64,000 nt of DNA. Origin: Bdellovibrionales bacterium (GTDB lineage Bacteria > Bdellovibrionota > Bdellovibrionia > Bdellovibrionales > UBA1609). Positions 42,755 to 51,983 of the stretch are shown in pieces (the first letter of the stretch is position 1; every line of letters starts with the position of its first letter). A program made the position numbers and the translations under genes. Location of the stretch: the NCBI GenBank assembly GCA_965200875.1, contig OZ241456.1, forward strand, positions 1,280,001 through 1,344,000, in the 5' to 3' direction. The notes below the pieces were generated by a model, which saw only the letters and a list, made by a program, of their open reading frames with translations, was not told the DNA's origin and made no database searches.

Positions 42755-43114
42755 TTAGTCTTCTTCAACAACAATAAAACCACTTATACCTTGTGAAGTT
42801 AAATAAGTCGCCAAGACCCGATCAACCTTCGCATCGGTAAAATCCGCACTACTCAAATTCGCTAGGAACAAATCTGCCAAGAACAAATCCGCACCACGCA
42901 AATTTGCATCGTGCAAATCCGCCCTGAACAAACTCGCGCCTCGCAAATTTGCATCGCGCAAATCCACCCCTCGCAGATCCGCCCATCGCAAATTGCACTG
43001 ATGATTTCCAGGCTTATTTATATAATCTTGATAATTATTGGTATTACACAGGGAGAGAGTGCCGTAGCTCAAAGCACCTAAGCTTAAAAATAGTAAAACA
43101 ATAAAAGTTTTCAT
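42755..43114 (-). CDS. secreted pentapeptide-repeat protein
   Basis: Signal peptide; A(D/N)Lxx repeats. Confidence 0.88.
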   Translation of the reverse strand: MKTFIVLLFLSLGALSYGTLSLCNTNNYQDYINKPGNHQCNLRWADLRGVDLRDANLRGASLFRADLHDANLRGADLFLADLFLANLSSADFTDAKVDRVLATYLTSQGISGFIVVEED

Positions 43115-43891
43115 AAATTACTCCTTTTTTCATTTTGATTGATAGTAATGATTTTATGAGAGATATACAATACAATTATTCTGGAAGAATCTCAAAATTT
43201 GTCTTTGTTTGAAAATTTACGCAAATAAGCCATAGCCTCCTCCATTTCAGGTGCTCTGCCAGATAGCTCTTTAAATTCTTCCTGACCTATCTTCATGGAA
43301 TTCTTTAAAATATAACACCATATATCCTGAAATTTAACTAAAGTGCTCATATCTCCCTCCGACTTAAACTTGCTAAGCTCCACTGTCACAAACTGTAAAT
43401 CCAGAAAGGAAAAACGCTCAGGAGCTTTATTTGGGCGGAAGGAAAAAGAATTGCAAGGTTTACCAGATGACACACCGGAAAAGTTTCTTTCTTGGTTGGG
43501 AAATAAATCAAATTTACTGAATATCAAAGAGTAAGAAAAACTAATGCTTGTGCAGTCTTCTTCTGTTAGTTGAGATACGTAGTGCTTCGCCCAGTAAAAA
43601 ACGATTCTTTCACTAAAGTGTTTGGGAAGAAAAGCCTGTATTACCACACTTATCAATTCTCCGGTATTAAGTTGCAGTCTCAGATTCATAAGGGATTTAT
43701 TCTCTTCTTTTGTAAGTTCAGGAAGAACAGAGTCCAACAAGATGACCTCCTGAATGAAGCTTTTATCCGGTAAAGGTAGGAAAGCTTTAAGCAAGGACTT
43801 TAATGCCGGTTTACAGAGTGTAAAGTAATTTTTAAAATACCCGATTTTAGTTAAATTGACCAAAAGCTGGCGATTTTTTGCTTCTTCTTTG

Positions 43892-45144
43892 TGTTCTTGA
43901 CCCCCAAAATTTGGCTACCTTCTAAAAGGAGGTAAAATGGATAGATTTTCCAAAAAGGTTTCAAAAAATCAAAGATTTTTGATACTTTCAGAGCATTTTC
44001 AAGGTGGTCTCAGTATTTCCGAATTATCACGGAAGTATCAGATTCAAGCCGCAACTATTTATCAATGGAGGAGAGAGAAAATGCGCAGAGAAAAGAAAGC
44101 AACAGGATTAGACCAAGAGGAATTGCTTTTAGAGATAAATCGTTTAAAGGTGGAGAACTCTCGTTTAAAGCATACTGTAGCTGATCAAGCATTGGATATC
44201 ACCACTCTTAAGCAATGGAATGAGTTTATGAAAAAAAAGTGGAGGGAAGAAAAACTGAATTTGCAAAAGAGTTTATCATCCACTGCTCAGCGATCTGCTG
44301 TAAAAAAAGATTTTGTGAGTTAATAGGGATTCATCCAAAGTCTCTTTACAAAGTGAGTGAGAGGAGAAGTGTTAAGATGAAGATAAAGGATAAAGATAAG
44401 CAAATTTTATCAGGGATAAGAGCTGTGATAAAGGATCGTCCCACTTATGGTTACAAGCGTGTAACGGCTCTTTACAACAAGGAGAGGGTTTTAAAGGGTT
44501 TAAGCAAGTATAATAAGAAGCGTATTTATCGTGTAATGAAAGAAAATGGCCTTTTGTTACCCAAAGCTGTCAGCAGAAGGGAAGGGCATAAGAGTACAGG
44601 AAAAGTGATGACATTGTATTCCAATACGAGGTGGTGTTCTGATTGTTTTGAAATTCATTGTTTTAATGGAGAGAAGGTGTATGTTTCTTTTGTGTTAGAC
44701 ACATGTGACAGGGAGATTTTAAGCTTTACGGCGTCGTTAAAGCCTCTTTTATCAGAAGACATACAGGGTTTGATGATTAGTGCTGTAGAAGGGCGATTTG
44801 ATGCTTGTCGAACAAATAGAGAGATTGAATTTTTATCGGATCGAGGGAGTATTTACAGAGCGTATAATGTGCAGGTATTGGCCCGCCAGCTGGGTTTAAA
44901 GCCTTGTTTTACGAGGGCTTACAGTCCAGAGAGTAATGGTATGGCAGAGGCTTTTGTAAAGACAATAAAACGAGATTATGTGTATGTGAATGACTGCTCC
45001 TGTGCTGAAGACACTATGAAATTATTAAAAGAATGGATATATGATTATAACCATAAAGCTCCCCATTCAGCACTTGGCATGAAGTCACCTGTGGAGTATA
45101 TTAAATCAACACAAATGAGGTAGCCAAAAATAGGGGCCACTCCA
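43892..45144 (+). mobile_element. IS3-family (IS2 group) insertion sequence, copy 2, 1253 bp
   Basis: Same ends as copy 1; 4-bp TSD TTTG; visible differences are one substitution (I/V) and a 3-bp indel. Confidence 0.95.
43937..45123 (+). CDS. IS3 transposase OrfA/OrfB, fused by -1 frameshift
   Basis: Near-identical to 41190-42379. Confidence 0.93.
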
Positions 45145-45277
45145 TTTGTTTCTGCTTATTTTTTTATTTGTTTTTTGCATAATGTACTCCTATGTTAAAA
45201 ATGTTTTTTATTATTCAAAAGTAGTTATGCAAAATTCGATCCAAAATCAGGGTTAATTGAATATTTATTTAAAATAA

Positions 45278-45520
45278 ATGAAAAAAATATGGTTGGAAAA
45301 GGATGCTTTCAATGGACAAAGGACAGAAAGACCTCAGCTGATCAAAGCTTTAAACTACTGCAATGACAATGATGCCACATTGATTGTGGCCAAGCTGGAC
45401 AGGCTTAGCCGTGACGCGGAGGTGACTAAGGCTTTGAATAAGTCAGACATAACCACCCGTGGAGGTGGCAAGTGGTTTACCACTCAAGTATACAGAGTCT
45501 CAAGACGGCATAAGTTATGA
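45278..45520 (+). pseudogene. internally deleted serine recombinase remnant
   Basis: ERPQL..AL...LIVAKLDRLSRD joined directly to ALN..DITTRGGGKWFTTQVYRV; no N-terminal YxRVS catalytic motif. Confidence 0.8.
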
Positions 45521-46047
45521 AAGTAATTTTACGAGACAGGCCCTTTTTAAAGGATTAAAATTAAAATGAATGATATAAAAAAAACGAAACAATTTTTAAA
45601 CAAGGGGGAAAACAATGGCACTATACTGTGTGATTTGTAATATATTACTAGAGCACCCACAAAAGAAAGTCTGTGCAAATATAATCTGTAAAAGAAAACA
45701 CCATAATAATTTAAGGCGAAACTGGAGTGAAAAGAATCCAGAAAAGATAAAAAAATTCAATGAAGATAGGCGAAAGAGGGAATGGTTGAAAAAAGGATTT
45801 TCAGAGCCACCGCCTAAGAAAGTTTATCCAAAGAGAATATATGAAGATAATAATGTTGATGACCTTGCGATTTTAAACAGGTGCAGAGCTAGTGCAGGAT
45901 TACGACCACTCTCTGAAATGCCAATGGTCCGCCATTACGCAGATCAAGGCCCAAAGCAACCAGAGAAACCAGTATTACCTATGGGAAAAGGAAACAAAAA
46001 AACATACCCGTCAAGTATATAGAGTCTCAAGACGGCATAAGTTATGA
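45484..46047. repeat. 37-bp direct repeats (45484-45520, 46011-46047)
   Basis: TCAAGTATA(C/T)AGAGTCTCAAGACGGCATAAGTTATGA, 36/37 identical. Confidence 0.9.
45615..46022 (+). CDS. hypothetical protein with N-terminal Cys cluster
   Basis: CVIC...CANIIC motif; purine-rich RBS; ends inside the second 37-bp repeat. Confidence 0.6.
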   Translation: MALYCVICNILLEHPQKKVCANIICKRKHHNNLRRNWSEKNPEKIKKFNEDRRKREWLKKGFSEPPPKKVYPKRIYEDNNVDDLAILNRCRASAGLRPLSEMPMVRHYADQGPKQPEKPVLPMGKGNKKTYPSSI

Positions 46048-46056
46048 GAATGATTT

Positions 46057-46227
46057 TTATGCGGCTTCCGGCTTTTTTGGTTGGTGTTTCTTTAAAGGTT
46101 GTTCTCTGAAGTTACCTTTTAGAATGTCTTTTATAGTTAAAAGCTGAATGTCCAGCCCTTCCCTTCGCCAAGCATCAGCTCGTTCTTTAGCTTTTGGAGT
46201 ATAGCCATTTAAAGTGATGAGGACAAG
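46057..46227 (-). pseudogene. C-terminal fragment of an Mrr-like restriction endonuclease domain
   Basis: LVLITLNGYTPKAKERADAWRREGLDIQLLTIKDILKG...*. Confidence 0.5.
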
Positions 46228-46383
46228 CGGGTTATTCCATTCATTAAGTTTCTAAGGCGTCAGGGAAAGACATTTCAGGAAATAGCCGATGCTTTAAATG
46301 AACAAGGCGAACCCTCCCGCTGGGGAAAACGCTGGCACAAAACCAGTGTGTTGCGGGTGGCAGACAGAAACGGCCTGGAGTAA
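46222..46383 (+). pseudogene. second serine recombinase C-terminal fragment
   Basis: DKRVIPFIKFLRRQGKTFQEIADALNEQGEPSRWGKRWHKTSVLRVADRNGLE*. Confidence 0.7.
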
Positions 46384-46390
46384 ATATCAT

Positions 46391-46547
46391 GGGAATCATA
46401 AAGAGAGGGTGGGCAATCTACATCGCTAGGGTGGGTGACCATTTTTTTCTGGGAAAATAGAGGCGTTTTTGGCGGGTTTTGGGACCGGTGGAAAATGTGC
46501 ACCCCTAAAAGCGATATATAACAGCTACCCGGTTGCTTATGATTCCC
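46391..46547. repeat. 157-bp long-hairpin element, copy 1
   Basis: GGGAATCATAA...TTATGATTCCC termini with nested internal inverted blocks; homologous to 47259-47416. Confidence 0.8.
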
Positions 46548-46548
46548 T

Positions 46549-47154
46549 TTACAAAAATGCAGTTTTACAAATTCTGGTCGTCTCCATATCATCCTTATAT
46601 ACAATCGCCCCCTTCAAATTCGCACCTATAAAATTCACCCCGGCTATAATCGCCTCGAGCAGATTAGCCCCAGTCAGATTCGCCCCAGTCAGATTCGCCT
46701 TAGTCAGATTCACCCTTCGCATATTCGCCTCAGTCAGATTCGCCCTAATCATAATCGCCCTAATCATAATCGCCTTAGCCAGATTAGCCCCAGTCAGATT
46801 CGCCCCTCGTAAATTCGCATCGGTAAAATCCACACTAATCAGATTAGCCCCAGTCAGATTCGCCTTAGTCAGATTCACCCTTATCAGATTCGCCCCAGTC
46901 AGATTCGCCCCAGTCAGATTCGCCCCAGTCAGATTCGCCCCAATCAGATTCGCCCCAGTCAGATTCGCCCCAGTCAGATTCACCCTTCGTATATTCGCCC
47001 CAGTCAGATTCGCCCCAGTCAGATTCGCCCCGGATAAATCTACATAGCGTAAATCCTTCCCGGTCATATCAGTATTGCTAAAATCTTTTGGGTTTTTTGC
47101 ATATAGTGGGAAAACACCTAAGCTTAAAAAAAGTAAAGTAATTATCAATCTCAT
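46549..47154 (-). CDS. secreted pentapeptide-repeat protein with near-perfect 15-bp tandem repeats
   Basis: Signal peptide; ANLTG repeats; CGCCCCAGTCAGATT tandem units. Confidence 0.9.
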   Translation of the reverse strand: MRLIITLLFLSLGVFPLYAKNPKDFSNTDMTGKDLRYVDLSGANLTGANLTGANIRRVNLTGANLTGANLIGANLTGANLTGANLTGANLIRVNLTKANLTGANLISVDFTDANLRGANLTGANLAKAIMIRAIMIRANLTEANMRRVNLTKANLTGANLTGANLLEAIIAGVNFIGANLKGAIVYKDDMETTRICKTAFL

Positions 47155-47258
47155 TAGTTATCTCCTAGTTTTGTTTTCTTTGCATAATACAGGTGTTTAT
47201 GAAAAACACTTAATAAAAAAACAAGTCCGGGTAATATTTACATAAAAAAAATAAAGAC

Positions 47259-47416
47259 TGGAATCATAAAGAAAGGGGGGGCATCATACATCGCGGTGGG
47301 TGCGTCTCCATCTTTTCCCGCGGGAATAAGTGCATAAAAAGGCGGTTTTGGGCCCGAGGGAAAATGTGCACCCCTTTTCGCGATATAAAACCTCCCACCA
47401 GTGGCTTATGATTCCC
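47259..47416. repeat. 158-bp long-hairpin element, copy 2
   Basis: Same termini and conserved blocks (TACATCGC, GGAAAATGTGCACCCCT, GCGATATA) as copy 1. Confidence 0.8.
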
Positions 47417-47494
47417 TTTCCTAAAAAACGAAAAAGCCCGTCTGAGATACACAGGCTTTTCACAACAAATGGAATTATGAAAAATAAATACAAT

Positions 47495-48232
47495 TCAGTC
47501 TTCGACAATTTTATATCCGACTATACCTTTTGAGAGTAAATAATTCGCCCACCTCTGATTAACTTTCGCACCGGTGAAATTCGCACCGGTGAAATTCACC
47601 CCTCGCAAAATAGTTTCAACCAAATTCGCATTGCTCAAATTCGCATTGCTCAAATTCGCTTGCCACAAAACCGCACCGCTCAAATCCGCACCGCTCAAAT
47701 CCGCACCGCTCAAATCCGACCTGTGTAAATCCGTCGCTCTCAAATTCGCATTACTCAAATTCGCATTGCTCAAATTCGCATCTTGCAAATCCGCCCAGTA
47801 CAGATTCGCATTGCTCAAATTCGCATGGTTCAAATTCGCATGGTTCAAATTCGTATAGCCCAAATCCGCATCTGTCAAATTCGCGCCTTGCAAATTCGCG
47901 CCTTGCAAAATCTCCCTGTGCAAATTCGCACCGGACAAATCGCACTTATGCTCTCCGGTTTTTTTTATATACTCTTTGTAATTATAGATATTACACACTG
48001 GAGCATCCGCTTCCGATTGAACATTTACTCCAGCTTCAGAACCTGCTGTGTTAACCACTACACTAGGGTTAGCACCGGCGGTGGGTGCTCCCGCGCCAGC
48101 TTCAGCACCGGCGGTGGTTGATCCCGCGCCAGCTTCAGCACCGGCGGTGGGTGCTCCACTTGAACCACTATCTTTTTTCTCACAACCTAAAAAACATAAG
48201 CTTAAAAACAATAAAGCAATTATAGTTTTCAT
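47495..48232 (-). CDS. pentapeptide-repeat lipoprotein
   Basis: Lipobox FLGC; TAGAEAGAG linker repeats; ANLSN/ADLSG repeats. Confidence 0.88.
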   Translation of the reverse strand: MKTIIALLFLSLCFLGCEKKDSGSSGAPTAGAEAGAGSTTAGAEAGAGAPTAGANPSVVVNTAGSEAGVNVQSEADAPVCNIYNYKEYIKKTGEHKCDLSGANLHREILQGANLQGANLTDADLGYTNLNHANLNHANLSNANLYWADLQDANLSNANLSNANLRATDLHRSDLSGADLSGADLSGAVLWQANLSNANLSNANLVETILRGVNFTGANFTGAKVNQRWANYLLSKGIVGYKIVED

Positions 48233-48389
48233 AAAATACTCCTTTTTAAAGTGAATTAATTATCCACTTATCTTTTAACACTATCGGATAAAATTGTAAA
48301 AAATAAATGGAATCATAAAGATGAGACACTTACCTATTTATTATTTAAACAAGTGAATAAAAGAAAAGGGAATCATACCCTCAACAGAC

Positions 48390-48719
48390 TTATTTATATT
48401 TATAGTTTTTCTTACCCTCTAGTTGAGACAAATCAAAATCCTGAAGCAAATCAAGAATAACATCATAGGTAGAAACAGATCTAAATTCCCCTGATTCCTG
48501 AGACCAATCAAAAAACCTAGCGATAGCATTCAACCTTTCTTGTCGCTCTTCTTCCTCTAGTCGCTCTAGTTTAGAAAAATCAAGCAAATCAAGAATAACA
48601 TCATAGGTAGAAACAAATCTAACATCTCCTGATTCCTGACTAAAATTATGAGCAGAAGCCACGCCCCCTTGGACAACAAATAAAAAACAAAAAATAATAC
48701 CTTTAATATATTTTTTCAT
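48390..48719 (-). CDS. small exported protein with internal duplication
   Basis: Signal peptide; SQESG..R.VSTYDVILDLL occurs twice. Confidence 0.7.
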   Translation of the reverse strand: MKKYIKGIIFCFLFVVQGGVASAHNFSQESGDVRFVSTYDVILDLLDFSKLERLEEEERQERLNAIARFFDWSQESGEFRSVSTYDVILDLLQDFDLSQLEGKKNYKYK

Positions 48720-48883
48720 AAAATACTCCTTTTTTACAGTGAATTAATTATCCAAATCTCTTTTAACACTATCTGTGAAAGCTGTAAAAAATAAAAAAGA
48801 GGAAATAATAACGAAGGGGATAAAATACACTTCTCGCTAGATAAAACTGGATAAAAAGCTAGTTTTTAAGACAAGACTGTTTA

Positions 48884-50311
48884 TTAAATTGCAAACCCAT
48901 AAAATCCTCTTTGCCTATGGTCAATAAAATATTTCGTACCCAAGACAGCACACACAGCCCCGTCTATACTATCCCAAGCTGAACCTCTATCCAGAAGTGT
49001 ATAGCCTTTTGACTTCTGCGAACAAATTGCATCATTAAACATCTTCTTTAAACATGGATTTTCTCCTATAAAGTGCACCTTACCCTCTTTGCTCCGGGCC
49101 TCAATAAACCTGATAGAATGACTTAACTCCCTGGCTGTTCCGGCTAATAATTCCGGATCACTTGAAAATTCCTCTGTCCAACCTGTGGCCAAGTTTCTAT
49201 CCCATACAAACTTCTCCACTGAAAGATTATGTTCTTTTAAAAAAGCTTTTATATCAGCACAGAAGATACTTTTATCGATCGCAGGGCGGTTTTGGATTGT
49301 AATAAATCCTTGTTTTTCCCAGTTTTCAAAAGTAGTTTTTTGACCAGGACGCCTTAAATCTGTATTAGCCAAATGCAGGAAGGGATATAAATAAATTTCC
49401 TCTGTACTCTCATTGAATAAACAGACTACACAAGCGCAAAAATCTTTTGACAAAGCTAAATCAAAAGCCACTATGACCCTTAAATTTTTATTTTCTAAAA
49501 CACTTTTATCTGCAATTTTTATATCATTCACATCAACCCATTGATAATTTAAGGAGCTTATTCTTTGGCCAAGCTGAAAACGCCTATACACCACCAAATT
49601 CTCTGAAGACTTTTTTGCCCTTTCTGATTCAGAATTTACAAAATCATATACGGACTTCAAAAGTGGATTCTTTGTTTCCACATAGTTTTTATAAAAAGGG
49701 TTAGCTAAACATTTTGCTTCCTCTGAATAAACATCCATTTTTAAAGGAGCTGAGAAGTCATAAAAAGCCCAATCAGGATCAGTCACCAATGTTTTAAGAT
49801 AATCTGCCGACCAATGAGTCACCTGCTCTGGGGGATTTGAGCTGAACAAAAGTAAAGGCTTCCCTCCCTGACTTAGAGCTAAGCCGGACATTATACTGTT
49901 TATGTTCTCACGCGATTGCATAGCTCCCACCTCATCCGCGATGAGGCCACTCACATTCAACATCCCCAAGTTACTAGCTGCTTTGCTAAAAACCTTATAC
50001 AAATGATTTTGTCTCTCTGTATTTTCTAAATCCTCATTCCGTATCTTATAATTTTTAGCATTTATACGCGGGTTCAGCTGTATCTGTGTGGCTATTAAAG
50101 AATAAATTATATTACTTTGTGAAAAAGTGCTTGCCATATTCACCAGAGCTAAACCTTCCCGGTTTTCCAAAAGATAATTAAAAAGCCAAGAAAAAATTAA
50201 AGACTTACTTATCTTACGACTGTACCCCATAAAAACATTTTTATTTATACTGCCGTCAAGGATAAGCGTTCCTGGTAACCATCTGAAAATTTTTGTTGCC
50301 ATTGATTCCAA
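48884..50311 (-). CDS. phage terminase large subunit, orphan and probably 5'-truncated
   Basis: Walker A-like GYSRKISKS, Walker B LIADE, nuclease VAFDLALSKDF and C-terminal SIDGAV motifs. Confidence 0.75.
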   Translation of the reverse strand: MESMATKIFRWLPGTLILDGSINKNVFMGYSRKISKSLIFSWLFNYLLENREGLALVNMASTFSQSNIIYSLIATQIQLNPRINAKNYKIRNEDLENTERQNHLYKVFSKAASNLGMLNVSGLIADEVGAMQSRENINSIMSGLALSQGGKPLLLFSSNPPEQVTHWSADYLKTLVTDPDWAFYDFSAPLKMDVYSEEAKCLANPFYKNYVETKNPLLKSVYDFVNSESERAKKSSENLVVYRRFQLGQRISSLNYQWVDVNDIKIADKSVLENKNLRVIVAFDLALSKDFCACVVCLFNESTEEIYLYPFLHLANTDLRRPGQKTTFENWEKQGFITIQNRPAIDKSIFCADIKAFLKEHNLSVEKFVWDRNLATGWTEEFSSDPELLAGTARELSHSIRFIEARSKEGKVHFIGENPCLKKMFNDAICSQKSKGYTLLDRGSAWDSIDGAVCAVLGTKYFIDHRQRGFYGFAI

Positions 50312-50414
50312 AAAGCAAGCTCATTTTTTAATCAGTCCAGCACCGGATAAAATACAAAAACTGTGGAAGATGCTGTATATAAAACTTATTTCAGCTGGAT
50401 AAAAACATTATGGA

Positions 50415-50732
50415 TTAGTGGGTGGTTTTTAAAGAGGCGAGCACTGTGCTATCCACAATATGGAAATAAGTTCTTACCAACAGCTCAAAATTTTGATGAT
50501 CCAAAGAACTGAGATAAGTTTGTTTTTGGTGAAAGGATTTTTTGGATAATAGATCTGTCATCAGTGTTTGAACGCGTTGTAAATTTTCTTTACTGAAAAA
50601 ATCAATCTCTTCAGTGGGTGTTTTTAAAATTTGAGCCACTTTTTTATGATCAAAAAGAAAGTGATACCCTTTTACCGATTGATTGAGCAATAATTCAATT
50701 TCATTTAGTTCATTTTGTTTGATTTCTAACAT
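50415..50732 (-). CDS. hypothetical protein
   Basis: 105-aa ORF with GGAGG RBS. Confidence 0.65.
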   Translation of the reverse strand: MLEIKQNELNEIELLLNQSVKGYHFLFDHKKVAQILKTPTEEIDFFSKENLQRVQTLMTDLLSKKSFHQKQTYLSSLDHQNFELLVRTYFHIVDSTVLASLKTTH

Positions 50733-50973
50733 TTTTCCTCCATGAGCTTTTTATCTTTAAATAAAGATAATTCTATTCTATATTTGAGTTTTTGCCAGCC
50801 TTTCTGAATACTATAAAATACTATAAACTTTCTGAATATGTATAAATACAAAAATATTTTTAAAGAACAATCAAGTCCAGAGATGAAAGTATGACACAAG
50901 ACTTCAAGAAAGGTTGAAGATCAGGCAAAAAAACAGGTCTACAATCAATAGAATCGATTATTATCCAGAAATT

Positions 50974-51792
50974 TCAGAGATCAGGCAAAAAAGACAGGTC
51001 TTCAATCAGCTGTTCGACAGGATCTGTAGTGGTAGATGACTTTGTAAAACCCGGAATTTCAAATTCCACTGGAGAATCTTTACAGAAATCCACACCCTTT
51101 TCATAGAAAACCTGATCCATATCATTGTTATAGGAAATGGTTTCAAAAGGATGCAGTTCAAAAAGCAGTCTCTCCTGGTTGTTTTTCTCCAGATAGGTGT
51201 GAGGATTGGCAGGAAAAGGAGGAATCAGAATTTTAATTGTTTTTTCAGGTTTATTGCGTGCGTTAAATACAGAGATGGAAATACCATGCCAGCCATCCAT
51301 GTCTTTTAATATAAAACTGTAATTTTTTGTCAGTTCCGTAATGGATATATCCCCTAAGTATTCCAGAAGATCATGCCCTAAAGTAGTAATAATGGAGGAT
51401 TGTTCACGATTGGAACCTTTTATTTTGGTGATTGTCATACTTGTTGGAGTGGGATTAAAAGCAGTTCTATTGTTAGATATAGTAAAGGAATGCACCTGAA
51501 TATAATTCGTGGGTGGGTATGTAAATTCATCAGGAATATTCCACAAATACAATATGGCTTTATTTTTGTTAAATGTATCTTGCTCCGCATCATAATAGGC
51601 GGTTAAAATACCCTTAAATCCATTTTTGTTAAATTTGTTGCAATAAGCCATTGGAATTTCAGAAGAAAAGGATGAATCTGTATATGTTTCCTCGTCCAGC
51701 TCTGATGACAGGCCGAAATAGTCTGTTGTGCAATTGGGAAAAAACACAAGAAGTGTAGCCAATAAAAAAAAGACTGGTATATTTGTTTTCAT
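50974..51792 (-). CDS. hypothetical lipoprotein
   Basis: Hydrophobic leader ending FPNC. Confidence 0.65.
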   Translation of the reverse strand: MKTNIPVFFLLATLLVFFPNCTTDYFGLSSELDEETYTDSSFSSEIPMAYCNKFNKNGFKGILTAYYDAEQDTFNKNKAILYLWNIPDEFTYPPTNYIQVHSFTISNNRTAFNPTPTSMTITKIKGSNREQSSIITTLGHDLLEYLGDISITELTKNYSFILKDMDGWHGISISVFNARNKPEKTIKILIPPFPANPHTYLEKNNQERLLFELHPFETISYNNDMDQVFYEKGVDFCKDSPVEFEIPGFTKSSTTTDPVEQLIEDLSFLPDL

Positions 51793-51983
51793 AATGTGTA
51801 TCTATTCGGATGAATGACATACTTTTTTTAGAGGATAATTTAAAAAAGCGGACTTTAATCCAGTAAAACCACACTATGTTGGTTCTAAAAGAGTGAAATA
51901 CTGAAATTTATTGTCTGCCGGAGGAGGAGACAACAGCTAAAAATCCGTTTTTACGCAAGCAGGTGTTAAGCTGAAGAGCAACT

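Larger units (their letters stand above)
43192..45180 (-). pseudogene. IS-interrupted Rpn/PD-(D/E)XK nuclease-family protein (243 aa restored)
   Basis: Removing the IS and one TTTG joins MQKTNKKISRNK to EEAKNRQLLVNL... in frame; RIVFYWAK.Y..QL, VELSKF and W.YILK motifs. Confidence 0.78.

Noticed and set aside
41145..45144. Composite transposon formed by the two IS3 copies
   Set aside because: Each copy has its own TSD and interrupts a different, reconstructable gene, so the insertions were independent
46600..47035. CRISPR array, or the plus-strand ORF 46469-47047 with RFAPV repeats
   Set aside because: Contiguous 15-bp units without spacers; this is the antisense shadow of the pentapeptide gene. 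The same holds for the shadow ORFs at 47574-48121
46391..47416. Classical integron attC sites
   Set aside because: No RYYYAAC/GTTRRRY cores at the ends and no tyrosine integrase; kept as an unexplained hairpin element
45278..50311. Intact prophage
   Set aside because: Only a terminase and recombinase fragments; no structural, lysis or replication genes
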